Positions 52,765 to 61,795 of a stretch of DNA of 64,000 bases are shown here, one piece after another. The number at the start of each line of letters is the position of its first letter. Within the stretch, counting starts at the first letter, position 1. This stretch comes from an uncultured virus (IMG/VR IMGVR_UViG_3300042350_001000) (taxonomy: Duplodnaviria > Heunggongvirae > Uroviricota > Caudoviricetes). The translations under genes and the position numbers were made by a program. The notes under the pieces are model-generated. The model did not search any database and was not told the DNA's origin. It saw nothing but the letters and a program-made list of their open reading frames with translations. The stretch lies in the IMG/VR virus record IMGVR_UViG_3300042350_001000. The stretch is one strand, 5' to 3'.

Positions 52765-53045
52765 TGATTACCGTCGGGATGTTCACCCGATCCTCGAGGG
52801 AGTGGTCGCTACTGACCGGCGTCCCCAGGACAACGATTGAGTACAGGGTCAATGCAGGCTGGGAGCCCGACCGACTCTTCGTTCGCAAGGACTGGGTACT
52901 CGAGGGCAATAAGCGCTGCACAAAGTGCCATGCCGTCAAACCCATCAAGGAGTTCTACAAGCGATCCGGCCGCCCAGGCCATTTAGCACACTGTAAGGAG
53001 TGCAGAAAGCATTATGGAAAAGTACGTTATCAGCAACGGGTATGA
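52761..53045 (+). CDS. HTH + Zn-finger protein resembling homing-endonuclease accessory domains
   Basis: EWS...G....TI..R...GW; KRCTKC...K...EFY...CKEC; no nuclease core seen. Confidence 0.5.
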   Translation: MMITVGMFTRSSREWSLLTGVPRTTIEYRVNAGWEPDRLFVRKDWVLEGNKRCTKCHAVKPIKEFYKRSGRPGHLAHCKECRKHYGKVRYQQRV

Positions 53046-53811
53046 GGGGCTAGGCGACCGCCTGCAATGCCTATCTTACTGCCTGGATTTCGCGCTCAAG
53101 CATAACCGCATACTCAAGGTTAACTGGCGCGACAAGGTGTGGGGCCACTGGTTTTATTCTTACTTCCACCTCGTGGATGTCCCGTATACGGATGAAAAAA
53201 TATCGCTTACCGGCAAGTCAGTATGGCCACCTATCTGGGAGGCTTTGGGCGATAAAAGCTCAGACGACTGGGTATATGACATCAAGGAGGAAAAGCTTTC
53301 GCCAAGCGCTTATGACGTGATCGTGCACTCTGGTATTGGCTTCAGGGTTTGGAACATGCCACTGCTTTCAAGGCACCTACGGGTCAGTTTTGAGATTGCA
53401 AACAAAGTCAAAAAGCATGACGTAGTTGTGCATTTGCGAGGGACCGACCGATACAACGAAGGATCAAGCCTGTTTGATCTTTACGGCGAATCGGGCGACG
53501 CTTATGTCATAACCGATGACGCAAGACTTGCCCAGCAATGGGCCGAAATCAGCCCAGAATCGACGATCTCATGCGTAGGCATAGAAGGACATCGACCGGT
53601 CCACAAAACAAATCCAGAGAATACTTATGACCGCAATTCGAAAGCTATTGTTGACTTCATGACGATTGCCATAGCAGGCGAGGCTTATTCCAACAACCCG
53701 GAGAGCTTGTTCTTCAAAATGGCAAGGAGCCTTGGAACCCCGGAGCTTATGCTTACGCCCGCTCCGGAGGAAAAGACCAAGAGGGTCCGATACTTTATTC
53801 GGGGAGCGTGA
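53014..53811 (+). CDS. Fucosyltransferase-like glycosyltransferase (NodZ/GT23 or GT11-like)
   Basis: EGLGDRL (N-terminal), VHLRGTD, YVITDD, AIVDF..IA, S.F resemble the GDP-fucose-binding motifs. Confidence 0.6.
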   Translation: MEKYVISNGYEGLGDRLQCLSYCLDFALKHNRILKVNWRDKVWGHWFYSYFHLVDVPYTDEKISLTGKSVWPPIWEALGDKSSDDWVYDIKEEKLSPSAYDVIVHSGIGFRVWNMPLLSRHLRVSFEIANKVKKHDVVVHLRGTDRYNEGSSLFDLYGESGDAYVITDDARLAQQWAEISPESTISCVGIEGHRPVHKTNPENTYDRNSKAIVDFMTIAIAGEAYSNNPESLFFKMARSLGTPELMLTPAPEEKTKRVRYFIRGA

Positions 53812-55048
53812 TTGTCCGCTGGGGCTTATAGCGATCGTAAAGGTCAGTCAGAAACGGAACCGCCGCGGTCGTTGCAAGCCCAACCCCTCGCGTTAAGGGG
53901 TGGGGCACCAAGCCTGCAACGCCACCAAGGGCGCCGATCGCACTTAAAGCTGCGCCGGGCATATCGCCTTGCATGTACCGGTCATAGGCGTCATAGGCCG
54001 AATAGCCTGCTCCTGCGCCGCCTAGAGTGCCTAATGCCGAGCCTTTGAATAACCCTGTCATCCTGCCGCCGGGACGCTCTACACGCTCAACGGGCAAGCC
54101 TTGACGAACCTCTCCCACGACGGGAGCATTCTTGGCGCGATCAATAAGCCGCTGGGAAAGCTGAGGGGACTCGTCAGGACCCGCAATCCCGTAAAGCTTG
54201 GCCATCCTTCCTGAGATTCTACCTTGAGGCATAGCCCTTCGGTAATCGGTAGCTGCCTCAGAGACGGTTCCGACTCCAGGCTTTACATAGCCCGTGACCT
54301 TGCTGGCCCACTTTTCACCGGGGGTCATGCCTTGGGTTAGCTTTGCGAGATTCTGGTCCCTAGCGGCCCTCTGAGCCTCTTGGAAGGCATCAAAGCGCCT
54401 TTGCTGCATGCCACGCCTAAGATCCGCTCCAGCGCCGCTTAAAAGGGCTCCAGCAGGCGCTCCTACCGCGGCAGACATGGCACGGCCAATGGCAGGGTCG
54501 TCGGGTTGATTGATCTGCATTTGATCGATCTGTTGGGCCAGCCTTCTTGCTTCAAGAGCCGCTTCGCTTTCGGCAGGTTCGCCTTCTTGGCTTGGCTGCG
54601 CGGCCGGTATGACACCGCCTTCAAGCTGCATCTTAAGCCTTCGTGCTTGGCCAACAGCGTCGAACGGATAAATCGCATTGACTTGGTCGGCATAGTCCAT
54701 GTTGGGCGGGTTGTCCATCTTGGCAAACCTTGGTCCGCCGTTATAACCGACCAAAGCTTTTCGGACGTCGCCGCCAGTAAGGTCGAGCATTTCCTTGAGG
54801 TACATGACCCCGCCACGGATGTTGTCGTCCATTTTCTTTGGGTTCACGCCTAGACCCTTAGCGGTGGCAGGCATAAGCTGCATGACGCCAATAGCGCCCT
54901 TATTGCTTTTCTGGGCCTGGGAGAATCCAGACTCGACTTGAGCAACAGCAAGGGCTAGTTGCGGATCAACGCCCTCCTGCTCAGCGGCCTTGATGACTTT
55001 ATCGGCTATACGACGCTGGGACTCGTTAAGCTTTTCAAGATCGACCAT
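53795..55048 (-). CDS. Virion lytic transglycosylase (SLT) ejection protein, module B
   Basis: AVAQVESG, GAIGVMQLMP.TA, NIRGG..YL, A.VGYNGG; C-terminal Gly-rich hydrophobic helices. Confidence 0.85.
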   Translation of the reverse strand: MVDLEKLNESQRRIADKVIKAAEQEGVDPQLALAVAQVESGFSQAQKSNKGAIGVMQLMPATAKGLGVNPKKMDDNIRGGVMYLKEMLDLTGGDVRKALVGYNGGPRFAKMDNPPNMDYADQVNAIYPFDAVGQARRLKMQLEGGVIPAAQPSQEGEPAESEAALEARRLAQQIDQMQINQPDDPAIGRAMSAAVGAPAGALLSGAGADLRRGMQQRRFDAFQEAQRAARDQNLAKLTQGMTPGEKWASKVTGYVKPGVGTVSEAATDYRRAMPQGRISGRMAKLYGIAGPDESPQLSQRLIDRAKNAPVVGEVRQGLPVERVERPGGRMTGLFKGSALGTLGGAGAGYSAYDAYDRYMQGDMPGAALSAIGALGGVAGLVPHPLTRGVGLATTAAVPFLTDLYDRYKPQRTITLPE

Positions 55049-56836
55049 TTAGACCCCCGCCACTTTTCTAGCCTCAGCAAGCTTACCCCTCATTTCCGGG
55101 AAGAACTCGCGCATCGAGCCATCGAGTGCATTGACGTAATTTGCACGAATGCGCTTGTACTCATCCGAGTCGTACATTTGCCTTGGGTCGTACTGCTTGG
55201 CCTCGGAGCGCCTTCTCAAAAGGTCCCCAACCTGCTTGTCGAACTTGGCCATTTCTTGAAGGGCCAGGGTCTTCACAAGGTAGGCCTTGATCGGATCATT
55301 GGAAAGGCTTGGTAAAAGCTGGCCAAACAAGACACGCTCGTAGTTCGATACTTGACCCTCGCCCTTGCGCTCTGCCTTATTCAGCAGAGAATCTAGCCTA
55401 CGCTCAGATTGCAAGAGCAATGACGCTGCATCCAAGCCTTGCTGTTGCAAGTATTTTTGAGCTTCATCGTTTGAAATCCCGCGCTCTTTTGCAACCCTGG
55501 CGACCATTTCAGGATTGGCTCGTACCAACCGCCTCATGCCGTCCTCAAAGCCTCCGATGGTGACGTTCGTGCCACCAACACGGATGCCCTCCTTAATGAA
55601 TTGCGCAAGGGCATACTGACCTCCAGGCTTATTGAAGATCCCAACCGCATAGGGATATGCCGAGGCCAGTTGCATCATTTGCTTGGCTTCTTGCTGGAGG
55701 GAATCAGCCTTGTCGTAACGAGTGAGAATCGGCCCACGAGCTTCCTTAACTTCCCCCGTTAGCATCGAGATATTCTCTTCGGTCTGCTTGGACTCTGCCT
55801 TTTGGCGCTGCTCCCTTTCGGACGCGGTCTCAAATGGTTTCCCGGCTCCTTGCGCAGGAGCGGCTTGCGCAGGTGCCTCTGAAGCTGGTTGCATAGCAGA
55901 TTGCTGAGCAGGTGGCGAATCGAGCGGCCTTGGTGGCGCTATCGCCCCTATCCTCTCGCCAAGTCCTGGGATCTTGCCAACGATGAACTTAGCGGCCTCT
56001 GTCTGACCGCCCCTGTTCATAATCTCGTCGTACTTCATCCAGTCGCCAAGGGGCATCTTGATGTCGCCGCTAAAGTTGCCAAGGTTCAATTGGCGCTCAA
56101 TTGGCTTGGCAAGTTCCGCGGGGTTATAAATTCGCTCACCGGTTCCCGGTACATAAAAAGATCCATCGCCTCCAGGCAAGAAGTTCTTGCGATAGTCTTC
56201 TCGAGCCTGCATAACTTGGTTATAAAGCTTTTCGCCAGCAGGGCCGAGCGGTCTTGTAATCGCTAAAAGCTGCTCGGGGTCCATGGCCATTAAACGACGC
56301 GCCTGCGGGTTACCAACCGCGGCTTCGGCAGAGGCGCCTGATCCAGGTGCGGCTTGCACATTAGCCCCAGGCGCCCCGATGCCGAGCATGGTTGCAATTC
56401 GTTCAGCCTCTTCTTGTTGGGCCATAGCAAGACGATTAGCGGCCAGTTCGGTCCGCATCTTCATCATGGTAGGAAGATTTTTCTCTTGCTCACCACGCTG
56501 CCTCGAGGCCTCTGCGCCTAAGTTTGCAAGAGCACTACCGATTGATCCAGTGCCGGTAGGCTGGCCAAAGGCGAAGAGCAGGCGGGATATGTCGTAGCCC
56601 TCGCCACTAATTCGGCGCTCGAGCGCGGTAATCATGTCTTGCGTGGCTTTTAGGTAGTCCTGCTTTGCAGCACCAAGACCGCCGGGAGCGGCCTGCCCTA
56701 ATCCACTTGGACGCGGAAAATTGACTGGAATCTGGAAATTGTCACTCTTGATCCCAGTGCCGCCACCGAGAGCGCCTTCCATGGTGTCCTCGCCCATCAT
56801 GGCGCCTAATCCACCCATATTCATATCAAGGGCCAT
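55049..56836 (-). CDS. Internal virion / DNA-ejection protein, module B
   Basis: 595 aa helical, P..TGS.G..L and GEGQVSNYER motifs; between ejection genes. Confidence 0.6.
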   Translation of the reverse strand: MALDMNMGGLGAMMGEDTMEGALGGGTGIKSDNFQIPVNFPRPSGLGQAAPGGLGAAKQDYLKATQDMITALERRISGEGYDISRLLFAFGQPTGTGSIGSALANLGAEASRQRGEQEKNLPTMMKMRTELAANRLAMAQQEEAERIATMLGIGAPGANVQAAPGSGASAEAAVGNPQARRLMAMDPEQLLAITRPLGPAGEKLYNQVMQAREDYRKNFLPGGDGSFYVPGTGERIYNPAELAKPIERQLNLGNFSGDIKMPLGDWMKYDEIMNRGGQTEAAKFIVGKIPGLGERIGAIAPPRPLDSPPAQQSAMQPASEAPAQAAPAQGAGKPFETASEREQRQKAESKQTEENISMLTGEVKEARGPILTRYDKADSLQQEAKQMMQLASAYPYAVGIFNKPGGQYALAQFIKEGIRVGGTNVTIGGFEDGMRRLVRANPEMVARVAKERGISNDEAQKYLQQQGLDAASLLLQSERRLDSLLNKAERKGEGQVSNYERVLFGQLLPSLSNDPIKAYLVKTLALQEMAKFDKQVGDLLRRRSEAKQYDPRQMYDSDEYKRIRANYVNALDGSMREFFPEMRGKLAEARKVAGV

Positions 56837-56854
56837 TACTATCTCCGATTAAGA

Positions 56855-57829
56855 TCAGCCACCTGGATTGCTGTTAAACAATCTTCCAAGAGCGTCTACC
56901 GCCTTGGAGCCTGCGTTAATAATTCCTTCGATCGCCGATGCACCCGTGCCGCCAGTACCCGTTGGTGCAAACAAACCTGCAAGCGTACTGACCTGCTGCA
57001 ATCCCGACGGGCTGTACTGAAGACCGGCAAGCGGACCTTCATAGGTCGACGAGGTGTCAGTAGGCATCGTGTAGCCCCTCATAAGACCTGAGACGGCCTG
57101 CGCAGTCTGCAAGGGGAAGTTCTCTTCACCCTGAGCGATCGCTTGCTGCTGGGCCCCTAATGAGGCCAGATTCTGCAATTCTGCAATATTGGTACCGGAT
57201 GCAATCTGACCGAGCGCACCCATGGCCTGAGCACCTTGCAAGTAACGGCCAAGATCACTCGATGCCAGCTTGGAAGCCATATCATAGCCCTGGGACAAAG
57301 CACCGGACTGAGCACCGAGAATATCCCGAAGGGCCTCGCGTTTAGCAATACCTTCCTGCTGAAGACCGCGCTTGCCACCAAATCCGCCAGTCCCAACGCC
57401 AAGGCCACCCATTCCAGGCATGGCCTCTTGCATTTGGCGCTGACCTAGTCGATTAATCTCCGACACGACGTCCTTGATGTAGGGGTTCATATAACCCCCG
57501 CCCATCGTGGTCGTCTCGCCCGTTACAGGATCGGTGTAGTCATAGCCCTGCAATTGCTGAGCGGTTGTAGCACCACCGGCCTGACCAAACCTCGAGGCGG
57601 CGTCCAAGTATCCCTGGCCACCAAACATGCGATTCTTGGCTTCATCAAAGGCCGTGGTTTGCAGTTCTTGTTGCCCGGCGTATTGAGGGCCCTCGGTACC
57701 AAGAAAGCTCTCGCCAGCACTGCCAAGCTTCTTGAGGTAGTCGGTATAAAACCCAGGCGCCGTAGTCGACTGGGCTTGTTTGATATTGACGGGCGGTGGC
57801 GCTGAGCCTTGGGTCCAATCGAATGGCAT
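56855..57829 (-). CDS. Gln/Ala/Gly-rich ejection/pilot-like protein, module B
   Basis: YMNPY...V, GGFGG.R, PS.LQQ; homologue of 1769..2935. Confidence 0.6.
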   Translation of the reverse strand: MPFDWTQGSAPPPVNIKQAQSTTAPGFYTDYLKKLGSAGESFLGTEGPQYAGQQELQTTAFDEAKNRMFGGQGYLDAASRFGQAGGATTAQQLQGYDYTDPVTGETTTMGGGYMNPYIKDVVSEINRLGQRQMQEAMPGMGGLGVGTGGFGGKRGLQQEGIAKREALRDILGAQSGALSQGYDMASKLASSDLGRYLQGAQAMGALGQIASGTNIAELQNLASLGAQQQAIAQGEENFPLQTAQAVSGLMRGYTMPTDTSSTYEGPLAGLQYSPSGLQQVSTLAGLFAPTGTGGTGASAIEGIINAGSKAVDALGRLFNSNPGG

Positions 57830-57831
57830 GA

Positions 57832-60800
57832 TTACCTCGCGCTTTCTTTCAAGTATGCCAAGGGTGACTTAGCCTTTGGCGGAATTTTATTGACCGGTGC
57901 GGCACGCTTATGTTTACGGATTGCCTCACGCATCTTGTCGAGCTTTGCGGCGCCTTCCTTCGAAGAGCCGTCACCAAGTGCAGCAACAATATCGGCGTCC
58001 ATCACATACTCGCCATCCGCTAACAGTGCGGGAATAAGGTCATCCTGACCGCCACCGGCACCGCCAACCGCATAACCCTGCATTCTCCTCGAATCCGGGG
58101 TGCCTGCAAAGCCATTGGTCTCGGCCATTTTCATCAATCCGCCCATGGCCTTTTGCTGGGGCTTTTCAGGTTGGCCGCCGGTCCTTGGCTGCTCACCCAA
58201 AAGCTCGTCAGCATCGACCTGCTCAAGCGCCCCCTTAACAGTCGTGGAGGGCTCCATCGCTCTTTGATCCTCTTCGGATAAGTCGACCTTCGCGTTGGCA
58301 GCAATTTGCGAGATCAGCTTCTTGCTGATGCCCATCCTCATGAGGGTTTGTACCAAGCTCTCGGGGAGGTTGGAGATTGTCTTCTCTTTCATAACCGGCG
58401 CCGCCGCTAAAAAGGTTGGTGATAACGATGGGATGTTCTTAAAGCCTGCGTTGCCCGATACAGAGCCCGATGGGTAGTAACGACTTCCGCCGCCGCCATC
58501 TCCGGCGCCTCCTGAACCGCTACCAGACCCACTTCCGGAACCGCTGCCAGACCCCGATCCGCTGCCCGAACCGCTTCCTGAGCCCGATCCAGAGCCAGAG
58601 CCTGAACCGCTGCCCGACCCAGACCCACTTCCCGACCCTGAACCAGATCCGGAGCCAGACCCCGATCCGGAGCCGCTGCCGGAACCAGAGCCCGAACCTG
58701 ATCCTGAACCCGAACCCGATCCTGAACCCGAACCCGATCCTGAACCCGAACCAGACCCACTACCTGAACCCGAACCAGACCCACTACCTGAGCCCGATCC
58801 GGAGCCCGAACCGGAGCCCGAACCGGAGCCCGAACCGGAGCCCGAGCCACTGCCTGAACCCGAACCGGAACCAGAGCCTGAACCACTACCCGACCCGCTA
58901 CCAGATCCACTACCTGAACCTGAGCCTGAACCAGAACCGCTGCCCGAGCCTGAGCCCGAACCGCTGCCCGAGCCCGAACCACTTCCTGAACCACTTCCTG
59001 ATCCAGAGCCCGACCCAGAGCCGCTACCAGTTCCTGTACCTGTATCTGTTCCAGTTCCCTCAGTCGGCTTTTCGGCTTCGCCGGTCTTAGTTTCACCAGC
59101 CTCGCCGGTCTTAGTTTCGCCGCCGGTTTCGGCATCGACCTTAACAGCGCCGTCCGTGCCGCCGGATGTAACTCCGCCGCTTCCGTCCGTAGCATCGCCA
59201 CCCGCCGGACCGCCCGTTGGGGTACCTGTAGGACCGCCTGTCGGGGTACCCGTTGGGCCACCCGTTGGGGTACCTGTAGGACCGCCTGTCGGAGTGCCCG
59301 TTGGGTCACCTGTCGGGCTACCAGCAGTGCCGCCGCGAACGAGATTGCCGTCCTTGTCGAATGTAAACGAGCCGAGGATGTTGTTAATCCTCTCGTCGCT
59401 AAGCCCACCAGCGCGACCAAGCTTAGCTATCTCGTTGCGATTGAAGACGGCGTTGGGATTATCGGCAAAGGTTTTGCCTACCGAAGCCTTTAAGGCGTCG
59501 TCAGACTGACCTGCAAGGTTTTGACCTTGCGGCTTTTGCGGACCCTCAACTTGACCTTGTTTCGCATCTTGATCCTGCTGAGATATGGGGCCGGTGATCT
59601 TTCCAATTTGGGCATCTATGCCACCGCTGCCCCCGCCACCTCCGCTACCACCACTACCGCCGCCACTACCGCCGCTTTCACCACCAGCGCCACCCTGTGA
59701 AGACAATCCGCCCTGGACTTGTTCACTGCTGGAGGTTTCCCCACCAGCAAGGCCGCCCCCAGGTTTTTCTGGGCCGGTGGTCTTTACCTCTTTTGGCTTC
59801 TCAATCCATGGGTAATCGTCAATCGGGACGTCTTCAAACTCCCGATATTTCGTAAACGGCCTGTCAACCACCGTGTCAGTGGCAAATTCGTTGTAAGGCG
59901 TGAAGGGGCGATCAGCCGTCTTGGTGAGGTCGAATTCGTTGTAAGACGTAAAGGGCTTATCAAGCTTTGTGGACGATACGGTTAACGCTGGCGTCTTATC
60001 GGCATACAAGGGCTTGGTCTCATACTTTCCAATATCCTTTTGGAAGTCCTTGATGTAAGCCTGCTTATCAGCCTCGGTCCAATCAGAAACCGGTTTATTC
60101 GCATAATCAGGGACCGTGGTTGCGTAGTCCATAGTCCACGGAATATCAGCGCCAGGATTTTGTGCTTTTTGAAGGGCGGACCACAAGGCCGCGCCATGCG
60201 CACCAAGCACACTAGCGGCCGCTATACCTTGCTGAATGGCTGGTATCCCAAGAAGCGGGAGCGCAGCAACCTGCTCCCCTTTGGTTAAATCCAAGCCGCC
60301 TGCAAGGTCCAAGCCGCCAGCGCTTGCAATACTCGAAGCAAGATCCGAAGATATATCCGGATTGACATCGGAAGCCAAAGACAGTCCACCGGTCGCAGGA
60401 ATTTGCGTCCCAGGCCCGCCAGTGACGTTGTACTCGTCAATAATATTTCGGCCTCCCATTGCGGAAGCCACGCCCTTCATTCCGGCGGCAATAATGTCAT
60501 AGGGGTTATCAGACTTTGCCGCGGTATAGGCCACGTTAAGTGCAGACCTAACGATCCCTGGATCAAGATTTAGCGAAGAAGCAATATTCCCAGCAGCCAT
60601 ATCGAGGCCGGTGCTTACCCCGTAGGAGGTAACGGCATTTTTGATAAGACTTTCTACATCGGCGCCGCCCATGGCTCGTAAGGCTGTCGATATACCTGCC
60701 GCTTGCAAGGGAGACAAACCGAGACCCGCTGCGCCACCGGTGACGACCATGGCGCCAAAATTAAGCAAGGGAGCGATTGACTTTTGAAACGAGCCTCGTT

Positions 60801-61563
60801 GATCTTGGCGAAGCTGAACGTCCAAAATGTTGCCGTCCTTGTCGACCGTAACCTCCTGGCCAAGGAGCGTCCCCTTGTTGCCGATGTCATGGGCATTCAG
60901 AAAGGCCGAATAGGTACCCGTATCTTCATAGATCGGATTGCCTTCGTTATCGGTGCCGACCTGCTTTCTTATCGGCGAAAATACCGAAGATGAGGTGGGC
61001 ATAAGACCGCCCTCGCCCTCAAAGTAAGTCGGGTTTAGTGCGCTGTTAAGCTGGGTTGCAAGGTCCCCGGAAATGGTTTTACCAATCAACCCTTGGCCTT
61101 GCGCATAAAGTTGGTTGGCTATGTTTTGTGCATTAGCCGCATTGGTTGCGTCTTTGTTATACCCAAGGGCAAGCTGGTCAACCCCTACAAGATTTTGCAT
61201 ACCCGGAATGGTTGAGCCAGCAACAGAAAGCCCTCCCGATACCGTATCCTGACCAAGCGTTCTATTGGCCACCTCCCCAAGAACGTCCTGGGTTATGCTC
61301 GACAGTCCGCCAGCAGTCGAAGTATCAGGCTGTGAGACCGGAGCTAGTCCACCGGTCGGCTCTTTATAGGTGAGCCCAGCATTGCCGAAGTAACTGGAAA
61401 CGTCGCCAGCCGTAAGGTTTGGGTTAACTGTTTGTGCAGCCCTCAAAATATCTGCTGAAGACAGCCCAAGCTCCTGACCGCGGGTGGCCACCACGTTCGG
61501 ATCATTAAGGTTGGCAAGAATGAACTCGCCTGCTTGTCTGTACTGGTCTTCAGTAAAGGCCAT
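57832..61563 (-). CDS. Large low-complexity internal virion protein with (GS)86 tract, module B
   Basis: C-terminal [31 protein letters not shown] domain shared with 2946..6041. Confidence 0.65.
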   Translation of the reverse strand: MAFTEDQYRQAGEFILANLNDPNVVATRGQELGLSSADILRAAQTVNPNLTAGDVSSYFGNAGLTYKEPTGGLAPVSQPDTSTAGGLSSITQDVLGEVANRTLGQDTVSGGLSVAGSTIPGMQNLVGVDQLALGYNKDATNAANAQNIANQLYAQGQGLIGKTISGDLATQLNSALNPTYFEGEGGLMPTSSSVFSPIRKQVGTDNEGNPIYEDTGTYSAFLNAHDIGNKGTLLGQEVTVDKDGNILDVQLRQDQRGSFQKSIAPLLNFGAMVVTGGAAGLGLSPLQAAGISTALRAMGGADVESLIKNAVTSYGVSTGLDMAAGNIASSLNLDPGIVRSALNVAYTAAKSDNPYDIIAAGMKGVASAMGGRNIIDEYNVTGGPGTQIPATGGLSLASDVNPDISSDLASSIASAGGLDLAGGLDLTKGEQVAALPLLGIPAIQQGIAAASVLGAHGAALWSALQKAQNPGADIPWTMDYATTVPDYANKPVSDWTEADKQAYIKDFQKDIGKYETKPLYADKTPALTVSSTKLDKPFTSYNEFDLTKTADRPFTPYNEFATDTVVDRPFTKYREFEDVPIDDYPWIEKPKEVKTTGPEKPGGGLAGGETSSSEQVQGGLSSQGGAGGESGGSGGGSGGSGGGGGSGGIDAQIGKITGPISQQDQDAKQGQVEGPQKPQGQNLAGQSDDALKASVGKTFADNPNAVFNRNEIAKLGRAGGLSDERINNILGSFTFDKDGNLVRGGTAGSPTGDPTGTPTGGPTGTPTGGPTGTPTGGPTGTPTGGPAGGDATDGSGGVTSGGTDGAVKVDAETGGETKTGEAGETKTGEAEKPTEGTGTDTGTGTGSGSGSGSGSGSGSGSGSGSGSGSGSGSGSGSGSGSGSGSGSGSGSGSGSGSGSGSGSGSGSGSGSGSGSGSGSGSGSGSGSGSGSGSGSGSGSGSGSGSGSGSGSGSGSGSGSGSGSGSGSGSGSGSGSGSGSGSGSGSGSGSGSGSGSGSGSGSGSGSGSGSGSGSGSGSGGAGDGGGGSRYYPSGSVSGNAGFKNIPSLSPTFLAAAPVMKEKTISNLPESLVQTLMRMGISKKLISQIAANAKVDLSEEDQRAMEPSTTVKGALEQVDADELLGEQPRTGGQPEKPQQKAMGGLMKMAETNGFAGTPDSRRMQGYAVGGAGGGQDDLIPALLADGEYVMDADIVAALGDGSSKEGAAKLDKMREAIRKHKRAAPVNKIPPKAKSPLAYLKESAR
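58513..59028 (-). repeat. In-frame Gly-Ser dipeptide repeat (516 nt, 86 copies)
   Basis: Pure GS in translation; mixed synonymous codons in the DNA. Confidence 0.9.
59215..59325 (-). repeat. PTG(G/T/D) tetrapeptide repeats
   Basis: [37 protein letters not shown]. Confidence 0.85.
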
Positions 61564-61564
61564 G

Positions 61565-61795
61565 TCAGTTCACCGCGTTATTGAAAGCGAAGGCCCAATC
61601 TTGCCATCGGTCGAACCCGTGCGGGGTCGGTACGCCATAGTTTGAGAACAAAGCGATCGAGCAGATCGAAAGCGCAAAGTCCTTCCAGTTCTCTTCGGGT
61701 ACCGGCCACATAAGCTGCTGGGCCTCGTACTTTTCCGCGATGAGCGCGTTCCAGTAGGACCATTCCATGTTTCGGGGGTCGTAGATCTGCGTCAT
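61565..61795 (-). CDS. Small Trp-rich tail-region protein
   Basis: YDPR...W..W...W..F...P.P..F..WQDWA; directly after the nozzle gene. Confidence 0.6.
   Translation of the reverse strand: MTQIYDPRNMEWSYWNALIAEKYEAQQLMWPVPEENWKDFALSICSIALFSNYGVPTPHGFDRWQDWAFAFNNAVN

Noticed and set aside
58407..59509. Repetitive alternative-frame ORFs (VRVQ.., PNPI..)
   Set aside because: Frame shadows of the GS/PTGG repeats in 57832..61563.
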